Shown piece by piece: positions 46,305 through 55,364 of a DNA stretch of 64,000 nt. Both the position numbers and the translations under genes were made by a program. This stretch comes from an uncultured Candidatus Competibacteraceae bacterium (GTDB taxonomy: Bacteria > Pseudomonadota > Gammaproteobacteria > Competibacterales > Competibacteraceae), in NCBI GenBank assembly GCA_964508935.1, contig CAZDVY010000001.1:7493-71492 (forward strand). The letters are read 5' to 3'. The notes under the pieces were generated by a model. It was not told the DNA's origin. It made no database searches and saw only the letters and a program-made list of their open reading frames with translations. Position 1 is the stretch's first letter, and each line of letters starts with the position of its first letter.

Positions 46305-48995
46305 ATGGATATCGAAACGCGTCTTGAGGAACTTGCGCAGGCTTATGCCGCTGGCCGTCTGAACGAAGCCGAGCTGGCGCGTCTTCAGGAAGAAGCCCTG
46401 CGCATAGTAGCAGACGATGGCGACCATGTACGGTTGTCAGACAGCGGCCTGCCCAGAGGAGAAAGCGATCCGGGAGGATCGCCGGCGGCTCCGGGAGCGT
46501 TGACGGCTGGGCGGGTGATTGGTCCTCCCGACCGGCAAATGCGACTGGTGCATGATCTCAGTGGTCGAGGACGTATCTGGCTAGCATACCCCGCTTTTTC
46601 TTCACAGGACGGCGGCGAACCTGCTGACGAATTCCGGGCCATCAAAATTTTTCTGCCCGCTGGTTACGAATCGGGTTCGATCGACTCAGTGCGCGACGAG
46701 CGGGCGTCGCGGGCGGATTTGATCGGCTTGCGTTCCTATCTCGCCAAAGCCAGGGCGCGGGTTGAGCTGGCCGTGAAACTCGACCATCCGGTAATCGCCC
46801 GCATCTATGGCTGGCGACAAGGTTCTGACGGATGGCCATTCGCTGAAATGGAATACCTCAACCCTCATCACGGTCGCAGCTTGGCGCAACTGCTTAAAGA
46901 ACAGGGAGGGGATGGGCTGTCCTGGGAGATGGCCGGAAAATGGTTGCGTCCAGTCGCGGCCGCTCTGGATTATGCGCGCCGCGAACATCGATTGGCCCAC
47001 CAGCATCTCGATGCAGACACCGTCTTCGTTACTGATCAGGGAACAGCTCGATTATTAGGCTTTGGTTTGGCGGCTGAAATTCGGGAACCACGCAGTGTTC
47101 TGTTTAGCACGGGTGGATCAGGGCGCGAGGCCACCGGAGAGGGTGCGATCGAATCGGTGGCCGCCGAAACGACCTTCCGCCGTGATGTCTTCGCTTTAGC
47201 GCTCTTGGCGTATCGGTTGCTGGCCGGACACAGCGTCCAGGAAGCCCAGGGCCAGCCGCCAGGCGCGGTGCCGCGCCCACCGGGATTGACGGACGACGCC
47301 TGGCAGGTTTTGCGGCGCGGCTTGGCGTACCCAAGTGAACTGTGTCCGACCGATGCCGGCCAGTTCATTCAGGCGCTGGACGCGGCGCAACGGCCAGCAA
47401 TAGCGTCTTCAGGCCGTGGTTCCCTGCCGAAGTGGACCTGGGCCTTGATGGTCGGACTAGCCTTGGCGATTAGCTTGGGCGTCTATTGGTTCAGCACGCC
47501 CATCGATCAGAGAACCGAACAGATCAGCTCCGAGGGCGTCGCTGGGCCGCCCTTATCTGGCGAACCGGAGCAAGGGACGACCACACCGGTGGAAGCGCCG
47601 GTCGAGGAAGGCGTTGCGTTACGGGAAGCAGAACGTGAAATCGACCAGCGCGCTTTCGAGGCTGCCCGCCGGATCGATACGGTTGCGGCTTACCAGATGT
47701 ATTTGCAACGCTGCCCGCAGTGTGGCTATGGCAAGGATGCGCGAGTTGCGATCAAGGGTTTGGAAACCCGAAAAAAAATCGAAGCGCTTAAAGCGGATTT
47801 CGCAGCACTGGCCACAGCGTTGGAGGAAGGGCGTGAAGAGCGTGGCAGCGAAGCGCTGGCCCGCCTGGATGCGCTGGCGACGTTAACGCCGGATGATCCA
47901 TTGATCACTGCTGGTCGGCAGCAATTAGCGCGCAGTTGGGTGAAAATGGCGCTGATCAGCCTGAACAAACCCGACCCGGACGAGGCGCGCAAATGGCTGA
48001 AAAAAGCGGAAGCCATCCAGCCGGAATTGCCGGAACTGGTCGCGCTGAATCAAGCGCTTAAACAGGCGGAAGCGGTTGAGCAGATCAAGCAAACCGATAC
48101 TGAAGCGTTCGCCGCCACCCGGCGCGCTGACACTCGCCGGGCCTACTGGGCCTATCTCGACCGTTGTGCGACGGGTTGCCGCCATCGCGCCGAAGCCGAA
48201 GCGGCTCTCGCCCGACTGGCCCCTGCTTATCCCGTGTTGCGGGACCGGCTAAACGACGGTTCGCAAGGGCCAGAAATGGTGGTGATTCCGGCCGGTGAAT
48301 TCCAGATGGGATCGCCATCCTCCGAAGTCGGTCGTTACAGCGATGAACCCACCCGGGCAGTGCGCATCGAAAAATCATTAGCAATCGGCAAATATGAAGT
48401 GATGTTTCACGAATATGACCGGTTTGCGACAGCGACGGGAAAGCCTCTGCCGGACGATCATGACTGGGGGCGCGGTCGGCGGCCGGTCATTAATGTCGAC
48501 TGGAAAAACGCTACTGCATATGCCGAGTGGCTGTCTCAGCAGACCGGCCAGCGCTATCGTCTGCCGACCGAAGCGGAGTGGGAATATGCGGCGCGAGCCG
48601 GAACGACCACCAGTCGCTATTGGGGCGACGATCCGAATGAAGGTTGCGCCTACGCCAACGCCGCTGATCTGGACGGCAAGAAGGTGTTTGTGGGCTGGAC
48701 GGTCATGCAATGCCACGATGGACAGGTCTATACAGCGCCGGTAGGCAACTATCGGAATAATGAGTTCGGTTTGTATGACATGGCAGGCAATGTGCTTGAA
48801 TGGACCTGCTCCATTTACGACAAGGAATCGAAGGCGCCAGCACAGCGTTGCCAGGAGCCAGGCGGCGACCAGGAAATGGTGGTGCGCGGCGGCTCCTGGA
48901 GTGACGAACCGCGCAACGTGCGTTCTGCCGACCGGCATCGCAGCCGTCCAGAATTCCGGGATTACTTCCTGGGATTCCGACTGGTTCGGGAATAG
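46305..48995 (+). CDS. Receptor pseudokinase: degenerate Hanks kinase domain + TM helix + Cys-containing helical repeats + FGE-sulfatase-fold ectodomain (locus B)
   Basis: The kinase-like region keeps RAIKIF (VAIK Lys). It has LSGRGRI for the Gly loop, HQHLDADT for HRDLKPSN and LLGFGLA for DFG. TM helix WTWALMVGLALAISLGVYWF (about 47432-47495). FGE fold from about 48268 (GPEMVVIPAGEFQMGS...RLPTEAEWEYAARAG...GLYDMAGNVLEWT...RGGSW). The ORF opens at TTG 46287; ATG 46305 preferred. Confidence 0.75.
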   Translation: MDIETRLEELAQAYAAGRLNEAELARLQEEALRIVADDGDHVRLSDSGLPRGESDPGGSPAAPGALTAGRVIGPPDRQMRLVHDLSGRGRIWLAYPAFSSQDGGEPADEFRAIKIFLPAGYESGSIDSVRDERASRADLIGLRSYLAKARARVELAVKLDHPVIARIYGWRQGSDGWPFAEMEYLNPHHGRSLAQLLKEQGGDGLSWEMAGKWLRPVAAALDYARREHRLAHQHLDADTVFVTDQGTARLLGFGLAAEIREPRSVLFSTGGSGREATGEGAIESVAAETTFRRDVFALALLAYRLLAGHSVQEAQGQPPGAVPRPPGLTDDAWQVLRRGLAYPSELCPTDAGQFIQALDAAQRPAIASSGRGSLPKWTWALMVGLALAISLGVYWFSTPIDQRTEQISSEGVAGPPLSGEPEQGTTTPVEAPVEEGVALREAEREIDQRAFEAARRIDTVAAYQMYLQRCPQCGYGKDARVAIKGLETRKKIEALKADFAALATALEEGREERGSEALARLDALATLTPDDPLITAGRQQLARSWVKMALISLNKPDPDEARKWLKKAEAIQPELPELVALNQALKQAEAVEQIKQTDTEAFAATRRADTRRAYWAYLDRCATGCRHRAEAEAALARLAPAYPVLRDRLNDGSQGPEMVVIPAGEFQMGSPSSEVGRYSDEPTRAVRIEKSLAIGKYEVMFHEYDRFATATGKPLPDDHDWGRGRRPVINVDWKNATAYAEWLSQQTGQRYRLPTEAEWEYAARAGTTTSRYWGDDPNEGCAYANAADLDGKKVFVGWTVMQCHDGQVYTAPVGNYRNNEFGLYDMAGNVLEWTCSIYDKESKAPAQRCQEPGGDQEMVVRGGSWSDEPRNVRSADRHRSRPEFRDYFLGFRLVRE

Positions 48996-49245
48996 CCCTG
49001 AACGTTTCGGGTAAAATATCCTGCAGTCGGTATTTTTCCGGGTCGACATGTCAGGTTGAGGACTCAGTCTGCGTGTAGGCATTACGGGATATGGCCGCTG
49101 GGCCTTTGCAGCAGGGATCGCTAAAACCATTTGAACAAGAGGGGTGATCCGAATGAGGTTACCCATTATCTGGGAGTATCGAAGCGATCGCGGGGTCCGG
49201 ACCGAAAAGCCCGACGGCGCTCGCTGATGCCATGATTAGGACGCC

Positions 49246-51219
49246 ATGATCAAAAAATCCAATACGCTGCCGGTTGGTTATCGTCTGCATCAGTACCGTA
49301 TTGAATCGGTGCTGGGTGCGGGCGGTTTCGGGATTACTTACATGGCTGTGCACGAAGCGCTGCGGACCCGGGCGGCCATCAAGGAATATTTTCCGGTGGA
49401 GTGGTCTTATCGGGACCGCGACGAGGTCAATGTTCTCGCCAACACTCAGGGCGGCTTGCCAACCTCGGATGCCGGCGAAGACGCCTGCTATACATGGGGG
49501 CTGGAGCGTTTTCTCACGGAAGCCCAGACCCTGGCCCAGGTGAATCATCCCGGTGTGGTGAAAGTACGGGACTTCTTTGAAGCCAATGGCACTGCCTATA
49601 TCGTCATGGACTATGAGGACGGGGAACCGCTGAGTCAACTCCTGCAACGGGAGAAAACCTTACCGGAGATACCGGTCCGCCGGTTGATCGAGGATGTATT
49701 GCCGGCCTTGGACGCCGTACACACTCGGGGCTATCTGCACCGCGATATCAAGCCCGCCAATTTGTACCGCCGCTCGGATGGTCGAACCATCCTGATCGAT
49801 TTTGGCGCAGCGCGCCAGGCGCTGGGTCGTCGTAGTAAAAGCGTGACTAGTGTATTTTCTCCGGGTTATTCGCCGATTGAGCAGTATCTGGTCGATGGCA
49901 AGGGCTATGGTCCTTGGACGGATATCTACGCTCTGGGAACCGTGTTGTATCACTGCGTGACTGGCGCAGCGCCGATTGAAGCGCCGGCGCGCGTCCTCGA
50001 AGATCCCCTGCAACCGGCCGAGGAGCTGGCCGCCGGGCGCTACAACCCGGCATTACTGCGACTGATCGACCGGGCCATGGCGGTCCGTCCCGAAAAGCGG
50101 TTTCAAACCGTCGCTCAGATGCGCGCGGCGTTTGAAGAGCCTTTGGCGAACGACGACGAGCGTACGGTCAAGCTGGAATTGCCGTTGCGCCCGGAGTTGC
50201 ACCGGAGCGGCGAAAAACCACGGCCGGCGGCAGGTGAACTGACTCATGAGTCCCACAAAGCCTCGACTCCCTCGCTATTTCAGCGACTGGGACAACATTG
50301 GCGGATGATGAGCGGATTGACGCTGGCTGTTCTGGTCGCCGGGGGAATAGTAATCTGGATGATGCAAGCGCCAGTCGAGCAACCGCCGATTGAGCAGCCT
50401 TCTCCGGTCAAGCCGACCAGTGGTATACCGCCCACTCATCCCCAACCAGGGCAAGTTTATACCGACCCGACAACAGGAATGGAACTGGTCTGGATTGCGC
50501 CGGGCTGCTTCAACATGGGCAGTCCGGAAACCGAACAGGATCGCAGCGCCAACGAGGCGCCTCATCAGGTTTGTCCGAAGGGCTTCTGGATGGGCAAGAC
50601 CGAAGTAACCAACGCCCAGTATCGACAATTTGAGAGCGGTCATGATAGCGGCGCCTATGAGTCCCACAACCTGAACGCGCCTGATCAGCCGGTCGTCCGG
50701 GTCAGTTGGCAGGAGGCGGTTGCTTACGCTGAATGGCTGTCGGGCAAGACTGGCTTGCGCTATCGACTGCCGACTGAAGCGGAATGGGAATACGCCGCGC
50801 GCGCGGGCCGGGCCGATTCCCGTTACTGGGGTGATGATCCGAATCAGGCTTGCCTTTACGCCAATATCTATGACAAAACCGCCCGTCAGGCCAAGCCGTT
50901 CAACTGGGCCAATTATCCCTGTCAGGATGGACAAGTCGCGGCGGCTCCAGTGGGTCAATACACCGCCAATGCGTTTGGTTTGCATGACCTGCTGGGCAAT
51001 GTTGCGGAATGGACTTGTTCCGAATACGACAGCGCTTATGCAGGTGGTGAAACCCGCTGCGCCGACCCGCAAGCAGCGGCAGGCGGGCGGCGGGTTCTGC
51101 GTGGCGGATCTTGGTCCGATTATCCGGGGCTGGTGCGATTCGCTTATCGTTTTCCCGCTGCGCCGGAATATGGCAAGTGGCGGTCTGATATCGGATTTCG
51201 CCTAGTGTTGGAACCCTGA
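49246..51219 (+). CDS. Receptor Ser/Thr protein kinase with FGE-sulfatase-fold ectodomain (locus B)
   Basis: LGAGGFGITY, AAIKEYFP, HRDIKPANL, LIDFGAAR and SPGYSPIEQY. TM helix MMSGLTLAVLVAGGIVIWMM (about 50305-50365). FGE fold GMELVWIAPGCFNMGS...RLPTEAEWEYAARAG...GLHDLLGNVAEWT...RGGSW. Confidence 0.85.
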   Translation: MIKKSNTLPVGYRLHQYRIESVLGAGGFGITYMAVHEALRTRAAIKEYFPVEWSYRDRDEVNVLANTQGGLPTSDAGEDACYTWGLERFLTEAQTLAQVNHPGVVKVRDFFEANGTAYIVMDYEDGEPLSQLLQREKTLPEIPVRRLIEDVLPALDAVHTRGYLHRDIKPANLYRRSDGRTILIDFGAARQALGRRSKSVTSVFSPGYSPIEQYLVDGKGYGPWTDIYALGTVLYHCVTGAAPIEAPARVLEDPLQPAEELAAGRYNPALLRLIDRAMAVRPEKRFQTVAQMRAAFEEPLANDDERTVKLELPLRPELHRSGEKPRPAAGELTHESHKASTPSLFQRLGQHWRMMSGLTLAVLVAGGIVIWMMQAPVEQPPIEQPSPVKPTSGIPPTHPQPGQVYTDPTTGMELVWIAPGCFNMGSPETEQDRSANEAPHQVCPKGFWMGKTEVTNAQYRQFESGHDSGAYESHNLNAPDQPVVRVSWQEAVAYAEWLSGKTGLRYRLPTEAEWEYAARAGRADSRYWGDDPNQACLYANIYDKTARQAKPFNWANYPCQDGQVAAAPVGQYTANAFGLHDLLGNVAEWTCSEYDSAYAGGETRCADPQAAAGGRRVLRGGSWSDYPGLVRFAYRFPAAPEYGKWRSDIGFRLVLEP

Positions 51220-51245
51220 ATGGACCGGTGAATGGAGAAAACGCC

Positions 51246-53399
51246 ATGAGCGAGACCGTTATGAAAGGGTTAGGGTTTGCGCTAGTGTGGATGCTAGCGC
51301 TGGTGTGGCCGGCCGATTTTGCGCGCGCTGCGGCGCCTGAAGCGCGAATGAACGTGGCAGTCGTCGAATTCAGCGTCATGGGCGATATGCATGAGCAGGC
51401 GGGCGCCGTTATTGCTGATTTGATGACGTCGGTGATTAACAATACCGGGCGCTTCACCCTCAAAGACCGGCTATCGCTATCAGCAGTAGCTAAAATCGCC
51501 AAGGCCCAGGATCAGGAACTGGGCTATACCGGGCTGCTCGATCCCAAGACCGCTGCTGAACTGGGTCAGCGGTATGGTTTAGACGCCGTGGTGATCGGGG
51601 CGGTCAGCAAGCCAGGTGACCTGATTACCGTTACGGCGCGATTGATCGATACCAAGACGGCCTCCCTGCTGCGCAGTGGTCAAATTCAGGGTAAGGACAT
51701 TGACACCATCCAGGTGAAGGTTAATGAACTGGCGGCGATGATTGCGGCGCCACCCGAACCGCCGCGCGCCTACGGATTGACGGTGCGCACCGAGCCGGCG
51801 AGCGCCAGCGTCCGTTTTCTAAACAGCCCAACGCCTTATCAACCGGGCGTCCGGTTGCCGCCTGGTGACTATGAGGTTGAAGTCAGCCAGTCCGGTTATG
51901 CCGCACGCCAGGAATCGGTGAAGATCGTAGACCGCGATGTCGCTATCACCGTGGCGCTGGACAAGGCCAAGTATGGCTTGACGGTGCGCGCTGAACCGGC
52001 GGACGCGCAGATCCGCTTGCTGGATGCCTCGGCCGCCTATCGGCCGGGAGTGGAATTGGCTCCAGGCAATTATGAGATCGAAGTGGTGAAGGACGGCTAT
52101 GTCTCCCGCAAGTTTCCGGTGCGAATTATCGACAGCGCATTGACTGTTCCAGTGACCCTGGAAAAACAACCGCCGCCACCGACACAGTATCGCTTGACGA
52201 TACAGACTGATCCTGCCCAGGCGACGGTTCGGTTACCGGGCGTCAAGACACCCTATCGACCAGGAGTAGAGCTGACGCCGGGAAATTATACGGTTGAGGT
52301 AAGCCAGTCCGGGTATGAGCCACAGCGGGTTACCGTCAATATCGTCGATAGTGATGTGACTGTACCGGTGAAACTGGTCAAATCGACCGAACCCGTCAAG
52401 CCGACCCAGTATCGGTTGACGGTTCGCCCCGATCCGCCAACAGCCAGGATACGGTTGCTGGGAATCAAGGCAGCCTACAAGCCAGGCCTAGCGTTAGCAC
52501 CAGGCAGTTACACGGTTGAGGTAAGCCACCCCGGCTATGATTCAAAACGGGTGTCGGTACGCATTGCGGATAGTGATGTGACTGTGCCGGTGGCCCTGAT
52601 CCAGCAACCCGAACCGCAGCAATACCGGTTGACGGTGCGGGCCGATCCGGCGGATGCCCAGGTGCGGTTATTAGGAACCCGCACAGCGTATCGACCGGGG
52701 GTGGCGCTGGCACCGGGCAGTTATACAGTAGATGTTTCCCGGTCGGGCTACGACTCACAGCGATTGACGGTGCGGGTCACAGATAGCGATGTCACCGTGC
52801 CGGTGGCACTGGCGAAGCAGCCCGAACCCGTGAAACCCGCTGAGTATCGGCTGACGGTGCGCACGACGCCCTCCAGCGCCCGGGTGCGATTGGTCAATTC
52901 CTCGTTTACCTACCGTCCCGGCGTACCCTTGCCGCCCGGCAACTACACGGTCGAGGTGAGTGGACGCGGTTATGAAACCGAGCAGAGGTCAGTGCGGATT
53001 GCCGATCGTGACGTGACGGAATCCATCACTTTGGAACGGGTTGCTACGGCAACCACTCCCGCGCCGCCCCCCCAGCCTGCGGCGCGGCCAGGAACCTGGC
53101 GGATCGGCTCAGTGCAGGTGGACGGCTCGATCAGTGGCGCGGATCGCTCCGAAGTGCAGCGGGTACTTAACCGCTATATCGGGCAGATCGCAACTCGCGA
53201 GAGCCTGCTGGACAGTGCGATGCAGGTCTATCGATCTACCGGGATCACCCTGAATTTCGCGGTGCGGAATTCGGCTTCAGGATCAGCGGAATTATCTGCG
53301 CGGGTTAGTCAGCGGCAGCGGCGCACTTATGAAAGTTCGGTCCCCCTGGTAACCCGTGGCCAACTGGAAAGCTCGGGTTTCAGGGTATCGGTTGATTGA
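51246..53399 (+). CDS. Secreted multidomain protein: LpoB/CsgG-like N-domain, six PEGA-type repeats, POTRA-like C-terminus (locus B)
   Basis: ATG 51246 (GGAGA 8 nt upstream). Signal peptide ...LALVWPADFARA/AAPE. The block VAVVEFSVMGD...AGAVIADLMTSVINNTGRFTLKDR...LGQRYGLDAVVIGAV...ITVTARLIDTKT resembles LpoB/CsgG/TolB-N alpha-beta domains. Six Y(G/R)LTVR..P..A.(V/I)R(L/F)...PG..L.PG.Y.VEVS..GY....V.I.D.DV.V.V.L units follow. The C-terminal WRIGSVQVDGSISGADRSEVQRVLNRYIGQIATRESLLDSAMQVYRSTGI resembles a ShlB-type POTRA. Confidence 0.7.
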   Translation: MSETVMKGLGFALVWMLALVWPADFARAAAPEARMNVAVVEFSVMGDMHEQAGAVIADLMTSVINNTGRFTLKDRLSLSAVAKIAKAQDQELGYTGLLDPKTAAELGQRYGLDAVVIGAVSKPGDLITVTARLIDTKTASLLRSGQIQGKDIDTIQVKVNELAAMIAAPPEPPRAYGLTVRTEPASASVRFLNSPTPYQPGVRLPPGDYEVEVSQSGYAARQESVKIVDRDVAITVALDKAKYGLTVRAEPADAQIRLLDASAAYRPGVELAPGNYEIEVVKDGYVSRKFPVRIIDSALTVPVTLEKQPPPPTQYRLTIQTDPAQATVRLPGVKTPYRPGVELTPGNYTVEVSQSGYEPQRVTVNIVDSDVTVPVKLVKSTEPVKPTQYRLTVRPDPPTARIRLLGIKAAYKPGLALAPGSYTVEVSHPGYDSKRVSVRIADSDVTVPVALIQQPEPQQYRLTVRADPADAQVRLLGTRTAYRPGVALAPGSYTVDVSRSGYDSQRLTVRVTDSDVTVPVALAKQPEPVKPAEYRLTVRTTPSSARVRLVNSSFTYRPGVPLPPGNYTVEVSGRGYETEQRSVRIADRDVTESITLERVATATTPAPPPQPAARPGTWRIGSVQVDGSISGADRSEVQRVLNRYIGQIATRESLLDSAMQVYRSTGITLNFAVRNSASGSAELSARVSQRQRRTYESSVPLVTRGQLESSGFRVSVD
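51771..53043 (+). repeat. Six in-frame tandem coding repeats (201-222 nt period) encoding PEGA-like units
   Basis: The conserved Tyr codons that open each unit sit at 51771, 51972, 52188, 52410, 52623 and 52845. DNA-level similarity is visible, e.g. gatagtgatgtgactgt(a/g)ccggtg in units 3 and 4 and gatagcgatgtcaccgtgccggtg in unit 5. Confidence 0.85.
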
Positions 53400-53411
53400 A
53401 GCTATTCGCTA

Positions 53412-55196
53412 CTACCTGTCGACCCACTCCTGTTTCGGATAACCCGGATGATCGATCATGGCGGTATGGTCGCCGCGCACGATAGGTAGATAGCGCGGCT
53501 TCCAGAACCGGGTGCGCAAATAGGTATCGAGATCGCGCCCGGCCAAATCGATTTTTGTCGCCACCCCTTCCCGCAGAGCCTGTTCAATCACGCGCGCCCC
53601 GACCCGAATGCTGACTTCACGCAGTTCACGCACCGGCGGATAAATACGTCCAGCTTGCAAATGAGCGACCGTCGTGTATTCGGCCAGCGCATAGGCGGCC
53701 TCCAGCACCATGCTATCAGTGATTTCCCGGCATTCGGCCAGCACCACGCCGAAACCCAGACCGGGGAAGATGAAGGCGTTGTTGCCCTGGCCAATGTGAT
53801 GCATCTGACCCTCACGGACGATGTCAGGGAAGGGACTGCCGGTCGCAACAATCGCCCGGCCCTCGCTCCAGTCCAAAATGTCTTCCGGCAACGCTTCGCA
53901 GGCCGATGTAGGGTTGGACAACGGGAAAATAATCGGGCGCGTGGCGTTGCGAGCCATTGCCTGTACGACGGGATGGTTGAAAGCGCCGGCCTGGCCACTC
54001 AATCCCAGCAAGGCCGTCGCCTTGGTGTGTTCAATGGTTTCCAGCAGGGTAGGGACGGCATTGCTAATCCGCCAGTCTGCTATTTTTTCACGGGGCTGCA
54101 GGTAATCCCGCTTGTAAGCTTCTACATTGCGCCCTTCCACCAGCAGACCGTGCGAGTCGAGGACGCAGACCCGGTCGCGAGCTTCTTCGCGGCTGAGACC
54201 TTCACGCATTAGTCCTTGAGTGATGGCCCAGGCCACGCCCACGCCGCCCGCGCCTGCGCCGTGAATGACGATTCGCTGGTCGCACAGCAATTCACCCTTG
54301 AGCCGGCTGGCGGAGATCAGGCCCGCCAGCGCCACTGCGCCTGTACCTTGAATGTCATCGTTAAAGGAGGGAATCTGTTTACGATAACGCTCCAGAACGG
54401 TAAATGCGACATCCTTGGACAGGTCCTCCCACTGGATCACTGCCCGTGGCCAACGATCGTGAATGGCCTTGACGAATTTGTCCAAAAAGGCTAAATAGCG
54501 CTCCCCACGCAACCGCCGCTGCCGGACGCCCAGATAAAACTCATCATTCAGCAATTCCAGCCGGTCGGTGCCGACATCCAGCTTGACCGGCATGGCGTGA
54601 AAAGGATTGACGCCACCACCGATGGTGTAGAGCGCCAGTTTGCCGATGGCGATGGCCAAACCGCCGTAACCCTGGTCGCCGATGCCGAGAATGGCGGAGG
54701 AATCGGTGGCGACGATCATCCGCACATCGTTCCACGGGAAGTTGCGCACCACTCCGGCGGCGCGGTCGATGTTCAGCGGCGAAAAAGATAATCCACGCGG
54801 ATTCTGGTAAAGATGGCTGAATTGTTGCACCGCCTGGCCGACGGTCGGCGTGTAGATGATCGGCATCATCTCTTCGAGGTGCTGTTCCAGTAGTGCGTAG
54901 AACAATGTTTCAGCGCGCTCCTGCAAGGCCCGCAGATACTGATACTTGGCGATGGGATCCGGTTCGCGCAGGAAGCCGCGATAGACCCGCTCAACCTGTT
55001 GTTCCAGCGTATTGACCTGTGGCGGCAGCAGGCCGTCCAGCCCCAGGGCAACGCGCTCGTCCTCAGTAAAGGCCGTGCCCTTATTGCTGAGCACCAGCCG
55101 CAACAGGGCGATGCCTTCCAGATAAACTTCCATGTACTCGCGGCCTTCCGCGTCTTTTCTGATATCGAAATAGGGGCTGATCGGTTCTCGGTTCAT
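53412..55196 (-). CDS. maeA: NAD(P)-dependent malic enzyme
   Basis: From ATG 55196: MNREPISPYFD...LSNKGTAFTEDERVALGLDGLLPP, YTPTVG, FNDDIQGTGAVALAG and HGAGAGGVG. The track ORF to 55331 is an over-extension into the AT-rich spacer. Confidence 0.9.
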   Translation of the reverse strand: MNREPISPYFDIRKDAEGREYMEVYLEGIALLRLVLSNKGTAFTEDERVALGLDGLLPPQVNTLEQQVERVYRGFLREPDPIAKYQYLRALQERAETLFYALLEQHLEEMMPIIYTPTVGQAVQQFSHLYQNPRGLSFSPLNIDRAAGVVRNFPWNDVRMIVATDSSAILGIGDQGYGGLAIAIGKLALYTIGGGVNPFHAMPVKLDVGTDRLELLNDEFYLGVRQRRLRGERYLAFLDKFVKAIHDRWPRAVIQWEDLSKDVAFTVLERYRKQIPSFNDDIQGTGAVALAGLISASRLKGELLCDQRIVIHGAGAGGVGVAWAITQGLMREGLSREEARDRVCVLDSHGLLVEGRNVEAYKRDYLQPREKIADWRISNAVPTLLETIEHTKATALLGLSGQAGAFNHPVVQAMARNATRPIIFPLSNPTSACEALPEDILDWSEGRAIVATGSPFPDIVREGQMHHIGQGNNAFIFPGLGFGVVLAECREITDSMVLEAAYALAEYTTVAHLQAGRIYPPVRELREVSIRVGARVIEQALREGVATKIDLAGRDLDTYLRTRFWKPRYLPIVRGDHTAMIDHPGYPKQEWVDR

Positions 55197-55364
55197 CGTT
55201 GACTTTGTGCGGGTGCGGTTGAAGCCAGGGTTTGAGTGGCAGGAGTAATGCCTAAAATTTTTAAACGGAGAAGTATGGCATTTAAAAATTGTAGAATCAA
55301 ATCGCTGGATCAAAAGTAAAGTGGCATTCATTAGGAACGTTACCCATGATCAGAACCGGGAGAG

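Noticed and set aside
51771-53043. Regular ~200-nt periodic repeats considered as a possible CRISPR or satellite array
   Set aside because: The period varies (201-222 nt) and there is no short direct repeat plus unique spacer structure. All units are in frame within one long ORF encoding PEGA-like domains.
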